Below, in pieces: positions 18,086 to 27,433 of a stretch of 64,000 nucleotides of DNA; position 1 is the first letter of the stretch; every line of letters starts with the position of its first letter. Below the pieces are notes generated by a model. It was not told where the DNA came from, did not search any database, and saw nothing but the letters and a program-made list of their open reading frames with translations. Made by a program: the position numbers and the translations under genes. Source of the DNA: Gemmatimonadaceae bacterium (GTDB lineage: Bacteria; Gemmatimonadota; Gemmatimonadetes; Gemmatimonadales; Gemmatimonadaceae); NCBI GenBank assembly GCA_045803545.1, contig JBJMOW010000005.1:800001-864000 (forward strand), read 5' to 3'.

Positions 18086-18706
18086 TCAACCAGAAGCAAG
18101 CATGTAACGCGAGAAGTGCCTGATGATCCACACCTGCGCTTCAGGGAGCCGCGCATTGAGTGGCGAGAAGATCGTGGTCGAAGGCTCGATCTCGAGGACC
18201 GGGACTTTGCCACTGAGCTTCACCTTATCATCGGAGATATAGGCCGCGAAGATCGACGTTCTCAGCGGCTGACCTGCGACGGTGGTGTTGCGCAGGGACT
18301 GCGTGATGGTGACGTCTTTTTTGAACTGCGTCCCCGTCGGCTCCATCTTGTAGGCGACGTACTTCTCGTCGGCCGTGACGGTGATGGTCAGCGCCGAGCC
18401 GAGCGCCCCGGCCGGGATGTCCATCGTGAAGCCGGTTTCGGGAATCGAGATCCGCCCGCCAGACTGATCGACGCGCTGCGAAACCTTTACCTGAGTTTTG
18501 CCTTTGTTGCTCCACCACAGGGCATGCAGCTCGAGGTCAGCCGCGGCATTGTTTATCGAACTGGTAACCGAGCCGGAGCCAGGACCTTTCGCGGCAGCTG
18601 CGTCCAGGGGAGCAGTGAGACTCTGGAGAGCGGGATCGGCGCAGGAAGCGATAAGGAGCGCGCCGACGAGCGAGCCAAAGGATCTGAAGAGTCTAAGGCG
18701 AAGCAT
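18086..18706 (-). CDS. ZU5-like domain lipoprotein A ending in HFSRYMLASG (206 aa)
   Basis: Lipobox IASC; GGRISIPETGFTMDIPAGAL...ITVT...MEPTGTQFKKDVTIT ZU5 pattern; paralog of 17397-18050. Confidence 0.8.
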   Translation of the reverse strand: MLRLRLFRSFGSLVGALLIASCADPALQSLTAPLDAAAAKGPGSGSVTSSINNAAADLELHALWWSNKGKTQVKVSQRVDQSGGRISIPETGFTMDIPAGALGSALTITVTADEKYVAYKMEPTGTQFKKDVTITQSLRNTTVAGQPLRTSIFAAYISDDKVKLSGKVPVLEIEPSTTIFSPLNARLPEAQVWIIRHFSRYMLASG

Positions 18707-18748
18707 TCTGGGTCCGTGTTAGGGAAGCGGGGTTGAGGCCCTCCCTAA

Positions 18749-18880
18749 GGCAACGGCTGTGCCCAGCGCTAAGCTGTTTTAAATCAATGAGTTAGCTTTT
18801 CCACATTGAGCGAGCTCATCAATAACGGTGCAATATTTTTTTACACCCGAAATTTTTCTTTACATCTGTCAATTTTTTAC
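18749..18880 (-). promoter_or_regulatory. sigma54 promoter P3 with IHF consensus site and tandem candidate activator sites
   Basis: Minus strand GGGCACAGCCGTTGCC (18764-18749); AATCAA-TGAG-TTA (18782-18794) matches IHF WATCAANNNNTTR; 19-bp units at 18828-18846 and 18847-18865 containing TTTACA. Confidence 0.85.
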
Positions 18881-19023
18881 GTCCAACCTGTCAGTCGGCC
18901 GGAGCGGGCGAAAAAAATGTGTTCGCGCCCCAAAGCATCTTGCTTCCGCGCCGCGTAGTAGTAGATGATGTTGGGCGGCCAAAACAGGGCGCGCGTCAGG
19001 AATAAAGTTTTAATGGGCTGGCG

Positions 19024-19050
19024 TGAAACCTGTAGGTCCATCAACGTGTC
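19024..19050 (+). promoter_or_regulatory. candidate ECF sigma promoter of degP
   Basis: TGAAACC-N16-TGTC, aligning with TGAAACC-N16-CGTA at 56523. Confidence 0.5.
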
Positions 19051-19084
19051 TCATAGTTACAACCTTTAGCCACATCAGCCGTAT

Positions 19085-20650
19085 ATGTCGATGGCAAATA
19101 ACAGAGCACGGCTCGTCGTAGCCGTAATTACCGCTTTTGTAGGCGGATTGATCGTCGCATCCGGGTTCAACTGGACCAAGCTCGGATTTGCGCAAACTCG
19201 TCCCGCCGCGGCAGTAGTCCAGCCAATTGCCGAGGCCAGCAACGCGTTCGTCGCGATCGCCAACAACGTCACTCCGGCGGTCGTTTCGATCGAAGTCGTA
19301 AGCACGCCGAAGAGCTCGAATAGCACGACTCGCGGACGCGTCCAGGTTCCACAAGGCGTTCCGCCTGACATGCAGGACTTCTTCCGTCAATTCGATATCC
19401 CGCAGCAATCGCGTCCAATGCGCGGTCAGGGTTCCGGGTTCATCGTAACGTCGAACGGATACATTCTTACCAACAATCACGTCGTCACCAATCAGGATCG
19501 TGAAACGGTGGCCGATCGCGTGACGGTGAGACTGCTCGATCATCGCGTGTTCACTGCGAAAGTGATCGGTCACGATCGCACGACCGACGTCGCGGTAATC
19601 AAGATCGATGGCAGCAACTTCCCCACCTTGCCGCTTGGCAACGATATGAACGCGCGCACCGGCGAATGGGTACTCGCGATCGGCAATCCGCTTGGTCTCG
19701 AAAATACCGTCACCGCCGGTATCATCAGCGCGAAAGGCCGCAGCCTCGCCGAGCTGATGAATCCGAATGGAACGAATCAGTACGCGATCAGCGATCTGAT
19801 ACAGACCGACGCGGCGATCAACCCCGGCAACTCCGGTGGTCCGCTCGTCAATGCGCGTGGCGAAGTGATCGGCATCAACAGCGCGATCGCCAGTCCGACC
19901 GGCTATAACGCGGGCTACGGTTTCGCAATTCCGATCACGCTGGCTAAGCGCGTCATGGATCAGCTCATTGCCAATGGGCGCGTACGCGTTCCGGCGCTCG
20001 GCATCGGCATCGATGATGTGAGTCCTGAAGACGCAGCGGTCGCGGGCGTGAAAGACATTCGAGGCGTTCTCGTTCGGAACTTCCCGAGCGACGATACGCC
20101 GGCTAAGAAGGCGGGCCTTCAGCCGGGTGACGTGATCATCACGGCGGATGGTCAGCCGGTCGATCGCGTCAGCACTCTCCAGAGAATCGTGCGCAATCAC
20201 AACCCTGGCGAGACGATCGAGATCGAAGCGATGCGGTACGGTCAGCGCAAGACTTTCAGCGTCAAGTTGATGGAAGCGCAGACTGACGCCGAAGTCGCTT
20301 CCAGTAACTCCACTCCCGCGAGCAACGGCGGCACCATTCATCCGGCGCTGGGGATCGCAGTGGCGCCGGTAAGTGCCGAGATGGCGGCGCAGGCAAGGAT
20401 GCCAACTCCAGTTCGTGGCGTCATGGTTTCCGATGTCACCCCTGGCGGTCCTGCCGACGAGAAGCTGACTCAGAACGACGTCATCACCGAAGTCCTTTAC
20501 CCGCTGCCGCGCCGTCCGATCAACTCGCCGACGGATCTACAGTCGATACTGAAAGGATTGAAGAACGGCGAGTATATCAGTCTCAGTGTTTTCAACCTAG
20601 CGGACAGAAATCATGCTCCGCGGATCGTCAACATTCAGGTTGGCAGATAG
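19085..20650 (+). CDS. degP: HtrA/DegP family periplasmic serine protease with PDZ domains
   Basis: GSGFIV, TNNHVV, DVAVIK, QTDAAINPGNSGGPL; C-terminal PDZ segments. Confidence 0.95.
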   Translation: MSMANNRARLVVAVITAFVGGLIVASGFNWTKLGFAQTRPAAAVVQPIAEASNAFVAIANNVTPAVVSIEVVSTPKSSNSTTRGRVQVPQGVPPDMQDFFRQFDIPQQSRPMRGQGSGFIVTSNGYILTNNHVVTNQDRETVADRVTVRLLDHRVFTAKVIGHDRTTDVAVIKIDGSNFPTLPLGNDMNARTGEWVLAIGNPLGLENTVTAGIISAKGRSLAELMNPNGTNQYAISDLIQTDAAINPGNSGGPLVNARGEVIGINSAIASPTGYNAGYGFAIPITLAKRVMDQLIANGRVRVPALGIGIDDVSPEDAAVAGVKDIRGVLVRNFPSDDTPAKKAGLQPGDVIITADGQPVDRVSTLQRIVRNHNPGETIEIEAMRYGQRKTFSVKLMEAQTDAEVASSNSTPASNGGTIHPALGIAVAPVSAEMAAQARMPTPVRGVMVSDVTPGGPADEKLTQNDVITEVLYPLPRRPINSPTDLQSILKGLKNGEYISLSVFNLADRNHAPRIVNIQVGR

Positions 20651-20670
20651 TCATTAGCTGACCTTCTTGA

Positions 20671-20710
20671 ACAAAACCCGTGGAGCGAAAAAGCTCCGCG
20701 GGTTTTTTGT
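20671..20710 (+). terminator. intrinsic terminator after degP
   Basis: AAAACCCGTGGAGC-gaaaaa-GCTCCGCGGGTTTTTT hairpin with U-tract. Confidence 0.88.
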
Positions 20711-20755
20711 TGCGCACTGGTTCGTCAATAACTCGGAGTGAATATTTCAGAGCAC

Positions 20756-20838
20756 GCGGAAGTGGCGGAATTTGGTAGACGCGCTGGACTTAGGATCCAG
20801 TGGAGCAATCCGTGGGGGTTCGAGTCCCCCCTTTCGCA
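20756..20838 (+). tRNA. tRNA-Leu (anticodon TAG), CCA not encoded
   Basis: Acceptor GCGGAAG/CTTTCGC, D-loop TGGTAGAC, anticodon stem CTGGA-CTTAGGA-TCCAG, long variable arm, GGTTCGAGTCC T-loop. Confidence 0.96.
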
Positions 20839-20862
20839 CTGCTGCGCATCCATGAGGATTTT

Positions 20863-21030
20863 ATGAAACGCAAACCGATAATTCCCGACTTCTCGAAGAA
20901 GAAAAAGGAAATTCCGCAGGCTGGGGTTCCCGCCGATCCGTCGAAGACCCAGCATCAGCATCTGCCGAACCCACAGGTCCGTCCGAAGCCAACATCGACG
21001 TCGATCAAATCTGGGCGACGCGGTTCGTAA
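20863..21030 (+). CDS. small basic, proline-rich hypothetical protein (55 aa)
   Basis: GAGGA SD then ATG MKRKPIIPDFSKKKKE...SIKSGRRGS*, directly after the tRNA. Confidence 0.55.
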   Translation: MKRKPIIPDFSKKKKEIPQAGVPADPSKTQHQHLPNPQVRPKPTSTSIKSGRRGS

Positions 21031-21090
21031 GAGTTTTGTCGCGATCCGGGAAGGTGTCCCGAGAAGCCGTCGCGATCGCGTAACAACGGT

Positions 21091-21127
21091 AAAAAAAAAG
21101 GCCCGGCGTCGTGAGACGCCGGGCCTT
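21091..21127 (-). terminator. intrinsic terminator of the ferritin-like gene
   Basis: AAGGCCCGGCGTC-gtga-GACGCCGGGCCTT with a poly-A run giving the U-tract on the minus strand. Confidence 0.88.
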
Positions 21128-21141
21128 GTGCTTTACCGCTA

Positions 21142-21633
21142 TCAGACTTCTGCTTCTACGTTGATTCCCGATTCCGCCAGCGCGGTTAGCAACTGGTCTG
21201 TCTTCCCTTCTTCATCGAGGGTCTGCTGCAGCAGGTCTGCGTGATTGTCGAAGCCGAGTTGACGCGCGTAGGTGCGCACGGTTCCATATCCAGCGATCTC
21301 GTAATGCTCAACGTGCTGCGCCTTGTTGATCAAACCGGCGTCCAGAACATCGGGATCGGGATCTTCCTTCATCAATTCGCTACCTTCCTCGATCAATCCT
21401 TCCATGCCAACGCATTTCTTGCCGCGTGGGCTTACACCGAGATCCCGGCAGATTTGCTCGAGCCGCTCCGCGTGCTTCCGCGTTTCCTGGAGGTGAGTGC
21501 GGAATGCTTCCTTCAACTGTGGATCGTTTGCAGCCTTGGCCATTTTCGGCAGCGCCTTCACCAGCTGCTTCTCTGCGCTGTAAAGGTCTTTGAGTTCGTC
21601 AACGAACAGGTCTTTAAGGGTGTCGAGTTCCAT
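21142..21633 (-). CDS. ferritin-like DUF892 (YciE/YciF family) stress protein
   Basis: ELKDLYSAEKQL, HLQETRKH, AQHVEHYEIAGYGT, TLDEEGKTD. Confidence 0.92.
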   Translation of the reverse strand: MELDTLKDLFVDELKDLYSAEKQLVKALPKMAKAANDPQLKEAFRTHLQETRKHAERLEQICRDLGVSPRGKKCVGMEGLIEEGSELMKEDPDPDVLDAGLINKAQHVEHYEIAGYGTVRTYARQLGFDNHADLLQQTLDEEGKTDQLLTALAESGINVEAEV

Positions 21634-21689
21634 AGCTGATTTCCTCCCAGGAAAGCCGTGTTTTCGATTGCTTTTGACGCTTTCAACAA

Positions 21690-21705
21690 AGCAATTGCGG
21701 TGCCG
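21690..21705 (-). promoter_or_regulatory. sigma54 promoter of the DUF892 gene
   Basis: Minus strand CGGCACCGCAATTGCT, near-consensus GG-N10-GC. Confidence 0.7.
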
Positions 21706-21737
21706 CCCACGCTTTTTCGTACTGTTATATTCCGTAC

Positions 21738-22985
21738 ATGAAAATCGAGTTCACGCCGCGTGCCTCTGAGGGTGTGGAGAGACACATCCAGGTCTCCGTG
21801 CCGGCAGAAGCCGTCAAGGACGCCGAGGATAAGGCGGCGAGAAGGTACGCATCAACTGTAAGGCTGCCCGGGTTCAGGCCCGGCAAAGCCCCAGCTACGG
21901 TGGTGCGCAAGAAATTCGGCGAGGCAATCCGTCAGGAGGCGCTCGAATCGCTGGTACGCGACGCCTACGAGGAGTTCGTCGAGAAGGAAAGCATCAAGGT
22001 GGCCTCGCAGCCTCACGTACACGACCTCAAATTCGAGGAAGGTAACCCACTTACGTTCGAGCTCCATCTCGAGCTGCGGCCAACGATCAACCTGGCGCGC
22101 ACCAACGGCTTCCGGGTTCAACGCCAGAAACCGACCATTACCGACGAACAGGTAGCAGAGCAGCTGGAGCAGATCCGCGACGAAAAGGCAACCTGGACAC
22201 CTGTCGCGGAACAGCCAAAGCCAGGAGATATGGTCAACGTCGAACTGGCGACGGCAAGCCCGGGCGATACGTTGAACGAAGGGAAGAGCTACCCATTGGT
22301 TTTGGGCTCGGGCCAGGCGATTTCAGGAATTGAAGAGCTAATCATGGAGGCGACCCCGGGCGAGACAATCGAGCGTCCGGTCAAGTGGCCTGATGACTTC
22401 CCGGATGAAAAGCAGCGCGGGCAGACCAAGACCGTTCGCATTACTCTAAACGAAGTCAAACGCAAAGCCGCGCCGGCGCTCGACGATGCATTGGCGCGCG
22501 AAGTTGGAGACTTTGAATCACTCGATGCACTCCGCACCACAGTCCGATACGATTTGGAGCGACATGCGGAGCACGAGATCGAAGCGAACGTGAGACAACA
22601 GCTGATCGATCAGATAATTTCAGCGAACGCGTTCGACATTCCCAAGAGCTGGATTCAGCAGTTCGTGCAGAACTACGCCGAAGTATACCAAGTACCTGAG
22701 GATCAGCGCGACAAGTTCGCGGGCGAATTCCGCTCGCTGGCGGAGCGCCAGATCCGGCGAGACCTTGTGATCGAGACAATTGCAGACAAGGAAACTCTCG
22801 CCGCCACCGAGAAGGATCTCGATGACAGGATCGCCGAACAGGCGGAAAAACGCGGCGTGAATCCTGGCCAGCTTTACGCCCAGCTCGAAAAGAGCGGCCG
22901 ACTGAAAGAAATGGAGCGCAGCATCACTGAAGACAAAGTCTTCAAGTGGCTGTTGGACCGAAACGATGTATCGACTAATGCCTAA
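21738..22985 (+). CDS. tig: trigger factor
   Basis: [10 protein letters not shown] ribosome-binding motif, FKBP-like middle domain, upstream of clpP. Confidence 0.95.
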   Translation: MKIEFTPRASEGVERHIQVSVPAEAVKDAEDKAARRYASTVRLPGFRPGKAPATVVRKKFGEAIRQEALESLVRDAYEEFVEKESIKVASQPHVHDLKFEEGNPLTFELHLELRPTINLARTNGFRVQRQKPTITDEQVAEQLEQIRDEKATWTPVAEQPKPGDMVNVELATASPGDTLNEGKSYPLVLGSGQAISGIEELIMEATPGETIERPVKWPDDFPDEKQRGQTKTVRITLNEVKRKAAPALDDALAREVGDFESLDALRTTVRYDLERHAEHEIEANVRQQLIDQIISANAFDIPKSWIQQFVQNYAEVYQVPEDQRDKFAGEFRSLAERQIRRDLVIETIADKETLAATEKDLDDRIAEQAEKRGVNPGQLYAQLEKSGRLKEMERSITEDKVFKWLLDRNDVSTNA

Positions 22986-23010
22986 ACGGCGAGAGGAAGA
23001 AGACGAACAA

Positions 23011-23631
23011 ATGCCGACGATTTACACGCCGTACGTAATCGAGCGCTCCAGCCGCGGAGAGCGCACCTATGATGTTTTTTCCCGGCTTCTGATGGACCGG
23101 ATCATCTTTCTCGGTACGCCAATCAACGATGATGTCGCCAACATTGTGATCGCGCAGCTGCTGTTCCTGGAATCCGATAATCCGGAGCGCGACATCCATA
23201 TCTACATCAACTCTCCCGGCGGCAGCGTTTCCGCAGGGCTGGCGATTTACGACACGATGCAATTCCTCAAGTCGCCGGTGAACACCAATTGCATGGGGCT
23301 GGCGGCAAGCATGGGCGCATTTCTGCTGGCGTCCGGCCGTCCCGGCAAGCGGTCTGCGCTTCCCCACTCCCGGATCATGATCCACCAGCCGTCGCAGGGC
23401 GGAGGGGGCGGGACGGCGTCGGATATCGAGATCCAGGCAAAGGAGATCCTGCACCTTCGTTCGGAGATGAACAAGCTGATGGCCAAGCACACCGGCCAAC
23501 CGACCGAGCGAATCGAGCGCGACACCGACAGGGACCGGTTCATGTCCGCCACCGAGGCCAAGGAATACGGTCTGATCGACAACGTGATTTCGTACCGCGG
23601 GGAGATGGAAGAGGCGTTAAAGCAAGCCTGA
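23011..23631 (+). CDS. clpP: ATP-dependent Clp protease proteolytic subunit
   Basis: [38 protein letters not shown]. Confidence 0.98.
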   Translation: MPTIYTPYVIERSSRGERTYDVFSRLLMDRIIFLGTPINDDVANIVIAQLLFLESDNPERDIHIYINSPGGSVSAGLAIYDTMQFLKSPVNTNCMGLAASMGAFLLASGRPGKRSALPHSRIMIHQPSQGGGGGTASDIEIQAKEILHLRSEMNKLMAKHTGQPTERIERDTDRDRFMSATEAKEYGLIDNVISYRGEMEEALKQA

Positions 23632-23762
23632 GCAGCACTACTGTTACTTGTGAAAATGTTCACGAGTCCTGCCCTCGTATTTTGCTTGACCGCTTACAGA
23701 CCCGCTGTTAGGTATCTTTAGTCCAGTACACCTTTTAGCCGCCGCAACCGGTTTTCGCCGAA

Positions 23763-25007
23763 ATGTCCCAAGAGAAACACCTTCGCTGCTCATTCTGCGG
23801 AAAATCCAAAGATTCTGTCCGGAAGTTCATTTCCGGACCGTCCGTGTACATCTGCAACGAGTGCATTGCGCTCTGCAATGAGATCCTTGCGGAGGACGAA
23901 GAGCGCGAAGTTGCGGAGGCTATAACCCAGGTACCGTCGCCGCAGGAGATAAAAGACGTTCTCGACCAGTATGTGATCGGTCAGGAACAGGCGAAGAAGG
24001 CACTGGCAGTCTCGGTTTACAACCACTACAAGCGCATCAATTCGACGTCCCTCAAGGACGATGACGTCGAGCTCGACAAATCGAACATTCTGCTGATTGG
24101 CCCAACCGGCGTCGGCAAAACCCTTCTGGCCAGAACGCTCGCCAGAATCCTCGATGTCCCCTTCACCATCGCCGACGCGACGACCCTCACCGAAGCGGGC
24201 TATGTCGGTGAAGACGTCGAGAACATTCTCGTCAGGCTGCTCCAGGCCGGGGATTTCAACGTCGCCGAATGCGAACGCGGTATCGTCTACATCGACGAAA
24301 TCGACAAGATCGCACGGAAATCCGAGAATCCCAGTATCACCCGTGACGTATCCGGTGAAGGCGTTCAGCAGGCACTACTCAAGATCATCGAAGGGACCGT
24401 TGCCTCCGTGCCGCCGCAGGGCGGCCGCAAGCACCCACAGCAGGAATACATTCAGCTCAACACCAAGGACATTCTCTTCATCTGCGGCGGCGCTTTCGAC
24501 GGACTCGAGAAGATCATCGAGGCCCGCACCGGACGCCGGCAGATCGGGTTCAACGGCGCAGCTGCCCGTGACAAGAAGCTGGTCCAGACCAAGATCTTCG
24601 CCGAAGTCGAGCCGGACGATCTGCTCCGCTACGGTCTGATTCCGGAACTGGTCGGCCGCTTACCTGTCACCGTCGCACTTGAAGGACTCGACGAAGACGC
24701 GCTCGTTCGCATCCTGAAGGAGCCGAAGAACGCGCTCACCAAGCAGTACGCGAAGCTGTTCGGCCTCGAGGATGTAAAGATCACCTTCGACGAAGCCGCG
24801 CTCGTCGCAATAGCCAACAAGGCGCTCAAACGCGGCACCGGCGCGCGTGGTCTGCGCGCCATCCTGGAAGAGGTTCTGATGGAGGTCATGTTCGACCTCC
24901 CGAGCAGAGAGGACGTTGTCGAGGTCAAGGTGACCGAGTCCTGCATCACCAACGGAACCCAGCCGCTCCTCGAGATCTCGCCGATGCGCAGGAAGAAGGA
25001 AGCGTAG
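23763..25007 (+). CDS. clpX: ATP-dependent Clp protease ATP-binding subunit ClpX
   Basis: CSFCGK...ICNEC zinc finger, [21 protein letters not shown] loop. Confidence 0.98.
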   Translation: MSQEKHLRCSFCGKSKDSVRKFISGPSVYICNECIALCNEILAEDEEREVAEAITQVPSPQEIKDVLDQYVIGQEQAKKALAVSVYNHYKRINSTSLKDDDVELDKSNILLIGPTGVGKTLLARTLARILDVPFTIADATTLTEAGYVGEDVENILVRLLQAGDFNVAECERGIVYIDEIDKIARKSENPSITRDVSGEGVQQALLKIIEGTVASVPPQGGRKHPQQEYIQLNTKDILFICGGAFDGLEKIIEARTGRRQIGFNGAAARDKKLVQTKIFAEVEPDDLLRYGLIPELVGRLPVTVALEGLDEDALVRILKEPKNALTKQYAKLFGLEDVKITFDEAALVAIANKALKRGTGARGLRAILEEVLMEVMFDLPSREDVVEVKVTESCITNGTQPLLEISPMRRKKEA

Positions 25008-25009
25008 GG

Positions 25010-27433
25010 CTGACCCAGACATTCCAGCGCGACAACGAAACTATTACGACGTCGGATCGGATTCCGGTCCTGCCTCTCCGCGATGTCGTCATTTTCCCCT
25101 ATGTAGTGATCCCGCTCCTCGTCGGCCGGCCCGCATCATTGGCCGCGATCGAGGCAGCGCTGGCAGAAGACAAGTTCCTGCTGCTGGTCGCACAACGAGA
25201 CGGTGAGAAGCAGGAGCCCGCCGCCGCTGATCTTCACCGCACTGGGGTTGTAGGTCGCGTGGTGCAGGTTTCGCGGCTACCGACCGGCACCACTCGGGTG
25301 TTGGTCGAAGGAGTCGCCCGAGCGCGCATCACCCGCTACATACCGTCCGGCAACATGCTGCGCGCGGCGGTGACGGCCGCACCTTTCGACGGCCCAGCAC
25401 CCAAGGATGCGGCAGAGACGGAGGCGATCAGCCGACGCGTCCTGAACTCGTTCGAAGAATATGTCGGCCTTCAGCGCCGGATTCCGCCCGAGATCGTCTC
25501 AATCATTCAGAGCACCAGTTCGGCCGAGCGGCAGGCGTTCGGCGTCGCGGCGCACGTCGCCGTGCGCTTCGAGCTGCGCCAATCGCTGCTCGAAGCAGAG
25601 ACCCTACGCGCACTGCTCGAAATGTTGGGCGAACTGTTGTCAGGCGAAATAGAGCTGCTGCGTCTGGAGCGGAAGATCGACGATGACGTGCGCGGGGCGA
25701 TGTTTCAGAATCAGCGCGAGTTCTACCTGCAGGAGCAGCTGCGCGTCATCCACAAGGAGCTGGGCGAGGATGACGGTGACGACTTCGCCGATCTCGAAGC
25801 CCAGATCAAAAAGAAGGCGCTGCCGAAGCACGTCGAGGAGCGGACGCTCCGGGAGCTGCGCAAGCTACGCCGGATGCCGCCGATGTCACCCGAGTTCACG
25901 GTCGCGCGAAACTTCGTCGACTGGATCGTGTCGATTCCCTGGACCGAGCGAACCGATGAAGTGCTCGATGTGGCTCACGCACGGGGAATTCTCGACGCCG
26001 ATCACTATGGTCTCGACGAGGTCAAAGACCGCATTCTCGACTTCATCGCGGTGATGTCGCTGGTCGGTCGTCTGGACGGCCAGATACTCTGCCTCGTCGG
26101 TCCGCCCGGTGTCGGCAAGACATCACTCGGCCGATCAATCGCGCGGGCGCTGGGCAGAAAGTTCGTGCGCATGGCGCTTGGCGGGGTGCGTGATGAAGCA
26201 GAGATTCGCGGCCATCGCCGCACGTACATTGGCTCGATGCCGGGGAGAATCATCCAAGCGATGCGGCGGGCCGAAGTAATCAATCCGGTGATCCTCCTCG
26301 ACGAAGTCGATAAGCTCGGCCAGGATTTCCGTGGCGATCCCGCGGCAGCGCTGCTAGAGGTTCTCGATCCAGAACAGAACACCACCTTCAACGACAATTA
26401 TCTCGAGGTCGACTACGACCTGTCACAGGTGTTGTTCATCACGACTGCCAATTCCCTCGCCGGTATCCCAGAGCCACTGCGCGACCGGATGGAAATCCTA
26501 CGCATCGCCGGCTATCTCGACCACGAGAAGATGGCGATCGCGAGGCAGTACCTGTTGCCGCGCCAAATCGAAGCGAACGGTTTGAAGCGAGAAGATGTGG
26601 CGGTCGAGCCGGACGTTTTGATGGCGATCATGCGTGGCTACACGCGCGAAGCCGGTGTGCGAGAGCTTGAGCGCCGCATCGCGCGCGTGGCGCGAAAGCT
26701 GGCTCGCAAACGCGCCGAAGCCCCCGCCGAGACGACTGCTACCGACGGCACGGTCAGGCACACCATCAGAGTCGACGATCTCAAGGATTTGCTTGGGCAG
26801 CCACCGTTCGACCCGGACGACACATCACTGGAAGACAAGGTGGGGGTGGCATCGGGCCTTGCGTACACCTCTGCGGGGGGCGAGGTGCTGGAGATCGAGG
26901 TGAGCGTCGTCAAAGGCCGCGGCAAGGTGCACATGACGGGTACACTGGGCGACGTGATGAAGGAGTCGGCTAGTGCGGCACTGTCTTATGCGCGGGCGCG
27001 GGCGCGCGGCCTTGGGATCGATCCGGAATTCTATCGCACGAAGGACATCCACATTCACATGCCTGCCGGCGCCACGCCGAAGGATGGACCTTCCGCAGGA
27101 ATCGCAATCGCGACCGCAGTGATCAGTGCGCTCACCGGGGCCCCGGTGCGCGGAGATATCGCCATGACGGGTGAGATCACATTGCGCGGCCGAGTGCTGC
27201 CGATCGGCGGGCTGAAAGAGAAATCCGTCGCCGCGCATCGCAATAAGGTGAGCGAGGTTATCGTGCCGCACGGCAATGCACGAGATATCGAGGAGCTGCC
27301 GGAGGAAGTGCGTGCTTCAGTCCGCTTTCACCCGGTCAAGACGATGGACGAAGTGCTGGCGCTAGCGCTGCGGCGCCAGCCGTCCGCCAGTGCGTCCGCC
27401 GGCGAAGCGCTCTACGACACAGTCACCCACTGA
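25010..27433 (+). CDS. lon: Lon protease (start probably CTG at 25010)
   Basis: IPVLPLRDVVIFP N-terminal motif lies upstream of the first GTG (25106); GPPGVGKTS, PKDGPSAG, GGLKEK. Confidence 0.96.
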   Translation: MTQTFQRDNETITTSDRIPVLPLRDVVIFPYVVIPLLVGRPASLAAIEAALAEDKFLLLVAQRDGEKQEPAAADLHRTGVVGRVVQVSRLPTGTTRVLVEGVARARITRYIPSGNMLRAAVTAAPFDGPAPKDAAETEAISRRVLNSFEEYVGLQRRIPPEIVSIIQSTSSAERQAFGVAAHVAVRFELRQSLLEAETLRALLEMLGELLSGEIELLRLERKIDDDVRGAMFQNQREFYLQEQLRVIHKELGEDDGDDFADLEAQIKKKALPKHVEERTLRELRKLRRMPPMSPEFTVARNFVDWIVSIPWTERTDEVLDVAHARGILDADHYGLDEVKDRILDFIAVMSLVGRLDGQILCLVGPPGVGKTSLGRSIARALGRKFVRMALGGVRDEAEIRGHRRTYIGSMPGRIIQAMRRAEVINPVILLDEVDKLGQDFRGDPAAALLEVLDPEQNTTFNDNYLEVDYDLSQVLFITTANSLAGIPEPLRDRMEILRIAGYLDHEKMAIARQYLLPRQIEANGLKREDVAVEPDVLMAIMRGYTREAGVRELERRIARVARKLARKRAEAPAETTATDGTVRHTIRVDDLKDLLGQPPFDPDDTSLEDKVGVASGLAYTSAGGEVLEIEVSVVKGRGKVHMTGTLGDVMKESASAALSYARARARGLGIDPEFYRTKDIHIHMPAGATPKDGPSAGIAIATAVISALTGAPVRGDIAMTGEITLRGRVLPIGGLKEKSVAAHRNKVSEVIVPHGNARDIEELPEEVRASVRFHPVKTMDEVLALALRRQPSASASAGEALYDTVTH

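Noticed and set aside
19010..20341. 443-aa ORF antisense to degP
   Set aside because: Shadow ORF typical of GC-rich coding sequence; no motifs, fully overlaps a confident gene.
20725..20961. ORFs overlapping the tRNA (78 aa minus; 5' part of 76 aa plus)
   Set aside because: Translations of tRNA sequence (CERGDSNPHG pattern) are artefacts.
20756..21140. tRNA-Leu as an island integration site
   Set aside because: No integrase and no duplicated tRNA 3' end seen in the window.
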